A stretch of 64,000 bases of DNA from Octopus sinensis. Taxonomy: Eukaryota. Below are positions 62,347 through 64,000 of the stretch, piece by piece (within the stretch, counting starts at the first letter, position 1; every line of letters begins with the position of its first letter). The position numbers and the translations under genes are program-made. The DNA is taken from assembly GCF_006345805.1 (NCBI RefSeq), contig NC_043003.1:51894001-51958000 (forward strand), written 5' to 3'. Below the pieces are notes generated by a model that worked only from the letters and a program-made list of their open reading frames with translations, was not told where the DNA came from and made no database searches.

Positions 62347-62957
62347 GGTCAGGCAACGCCGATTTGATTGAAGGAGTGAGCTAATGTACCGTACATACAC
62401 TTGAAGAGTATTTTAAAAAATCATTTGTGTCGGTTGTCCAGCAAAAAATTGCAGAACTTTCTTTTTTGGGTCTATGAGAGATTACCATCATGTATGCAGT
62501 AGCTATTATCGACAGAAAAAGGCTTTGTAACGGATATTCATTGGCACATCCAACTTGATTTGGATGTGTTGTTTTAAACGCCGTATGCTGCTGTAATTGT
62601 CAGGTAAAATTATCCCGTATAAATGTTGAGCGTTAAAAAGCGCAGATTATATCGAGATTTGGCGAGCACTGGCGAATGCGATTGCTGTATCACGTGATTT
62701 CAGCGTAATTTACGCTTCCTCAGCAATAGCTAACACAGCAGTTTGGTGAAGCTTTATATCTAGCGTTGCATCGAAGTCATTATCAATTAACATATTTAAA
62801 TAGATATCACGCTCTACAGTTGTAGGGAGTCTTTTTTCAGTTTAATGTTTATTAGTATGTTAATAAAAAAAAAAGAGCCGCTCATTTTTAGCTATATTTA
62901 CTACATATATACTTATATGAATAATCGGATGAATGTATGTATGAATGCATGTGTGTA

Positions 62958-63833
62958 CGCGAAGGTACCCAAAAGAAACGGGAAACGTTTTCTGTGTAAC
63001 AAACCCGTTGTAGTTCAGGCTTCCAGCATGAGAAGCCACTTGATGCGACCCTCAGGCATCAGTATGCCGACCGGCGTCGTCGAGTGGAGTCGTATTGTCA
63101 AGAGATGCGTCTTTGTTTTGCAGTTCTCCCCTGTTTGTCGATTTTTGCGATGGCTGAAACAAAGGAACAGCAGAAGAAACAACGTACTTTCGTGAAATTC
63201 TGTTTTCTGCTAGGGAAAACGACGGCCGAAACAGTTGCCATGCTTCAAACAGTTTCCACACTTTAGAAATAATCTCTTGTTACTTGAAGACCAGCCTTGT
63301 TCAGGACGACCATCGACCTTCCGAACAAAGGAAAACATTATGAAAATTCATGAACTGATCTTTGACGACCATCACAGAACAACTGACGAACTTGTTGATA
63401 TGACTGGTGTGTCCTGGAGCTCCTGCAAAGGAATTTTGAGCAAGAATTTCCGAATGAAAAGAGCTGCAGCAAAATTTGTGCCTCATTGCTCACGGAAGAT
63501 CAAAAGCAGTCACGACACAATGCATCTCGTGAACTGAAAGAACAGTTGGAAATTGATTCGGAGCTTTTTTCGAGGGTCATTGCTTGTGGCGAAAGCTGGT
63601 GCTACGGAATTTGCAGATGTGGAAAAGGTGTAAAGAAAAAGAAAAAAATCCGGAGGCGTTAAAAGGCATCACTTTGCAAGAGTTCCAGCACTGCTTCGAA
63701 TAGTGAAAATGCGTCTGGACCGAGGTATTGCTTCAAATGAAGAATATTTTGAAGGCGATAAAAGTGTAAATAGGAAAAATTAAGGGAATAAAATTATATT
63801 GCAAAATCCCGGTTTCTTGTGGGTAACCCCTCG
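62958..63833 (+). mobile_element. Internally deleted mariner with TIRs and TA TSD
   Basis: TA|CGCGAAGGTACCCAAAAGAAAC at left and GTTTCTTGTGGGTAACCCCTCG|TA at right; remnants KQRTFVKFCFLLGKTTAET, LEDQPCSGRPST, AAKFVPH, RVIACGESWCYG, YFEGDK. Confidence 0.85.
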
Positions 63834-64000
63834 TATATCTATATGTACACACACTCACGCGCACGCACTTTGGCTAAGACCGGGTAGTCTAATACAATGC
63901 AGGGTTGTTTAAAACCTCCACATATTCTGTAGATAGGTCTTTTATATGTCTGGGGTCTGTTTCTGGTTAGAACATTTTGAGCTGTTGCTGCAACACAACA

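Overview
AT-rich, microsatellite-dense eukaryotic DNA. The repeat families and the TTAGGG motif suggest an octopus or other cephalopod (inference). I can support no host protein-coding gene; nearly all ORF-track entries are translations of microsatellites or telomeric repeats. The window holds many tRNA-derived SINEs (three families), truncated non-LTR retrotransposons (two RTE, one R4/Dong-like, one Tx1/L1-like), decayed mariner elements, MITE/foldback palindromes and large simple repeats. The centre is a ~9.8 kb single-orientation interstitial (TTAGGG)n array (28921-38690, with a 100-N gap). It is punctuated by 12 copies of a 46-bp non-telomeric unit. That unit is the array's own right-hand junction: unique flank, a SINE target-site duplication and the SINE 3' tail, re-joined to TTAGGG through a TTA microhomology. 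The left flank (243 bp) has also been copied once into the array. Four sequence-unrelated type I hammerhead ribozyme folds were found by hand: two with intact cores and two with one inactivating change each. One sits in a Penelope-like fragment capped directly by the telomeric array. All folds and alignments were done by eye and need computational confirmation.
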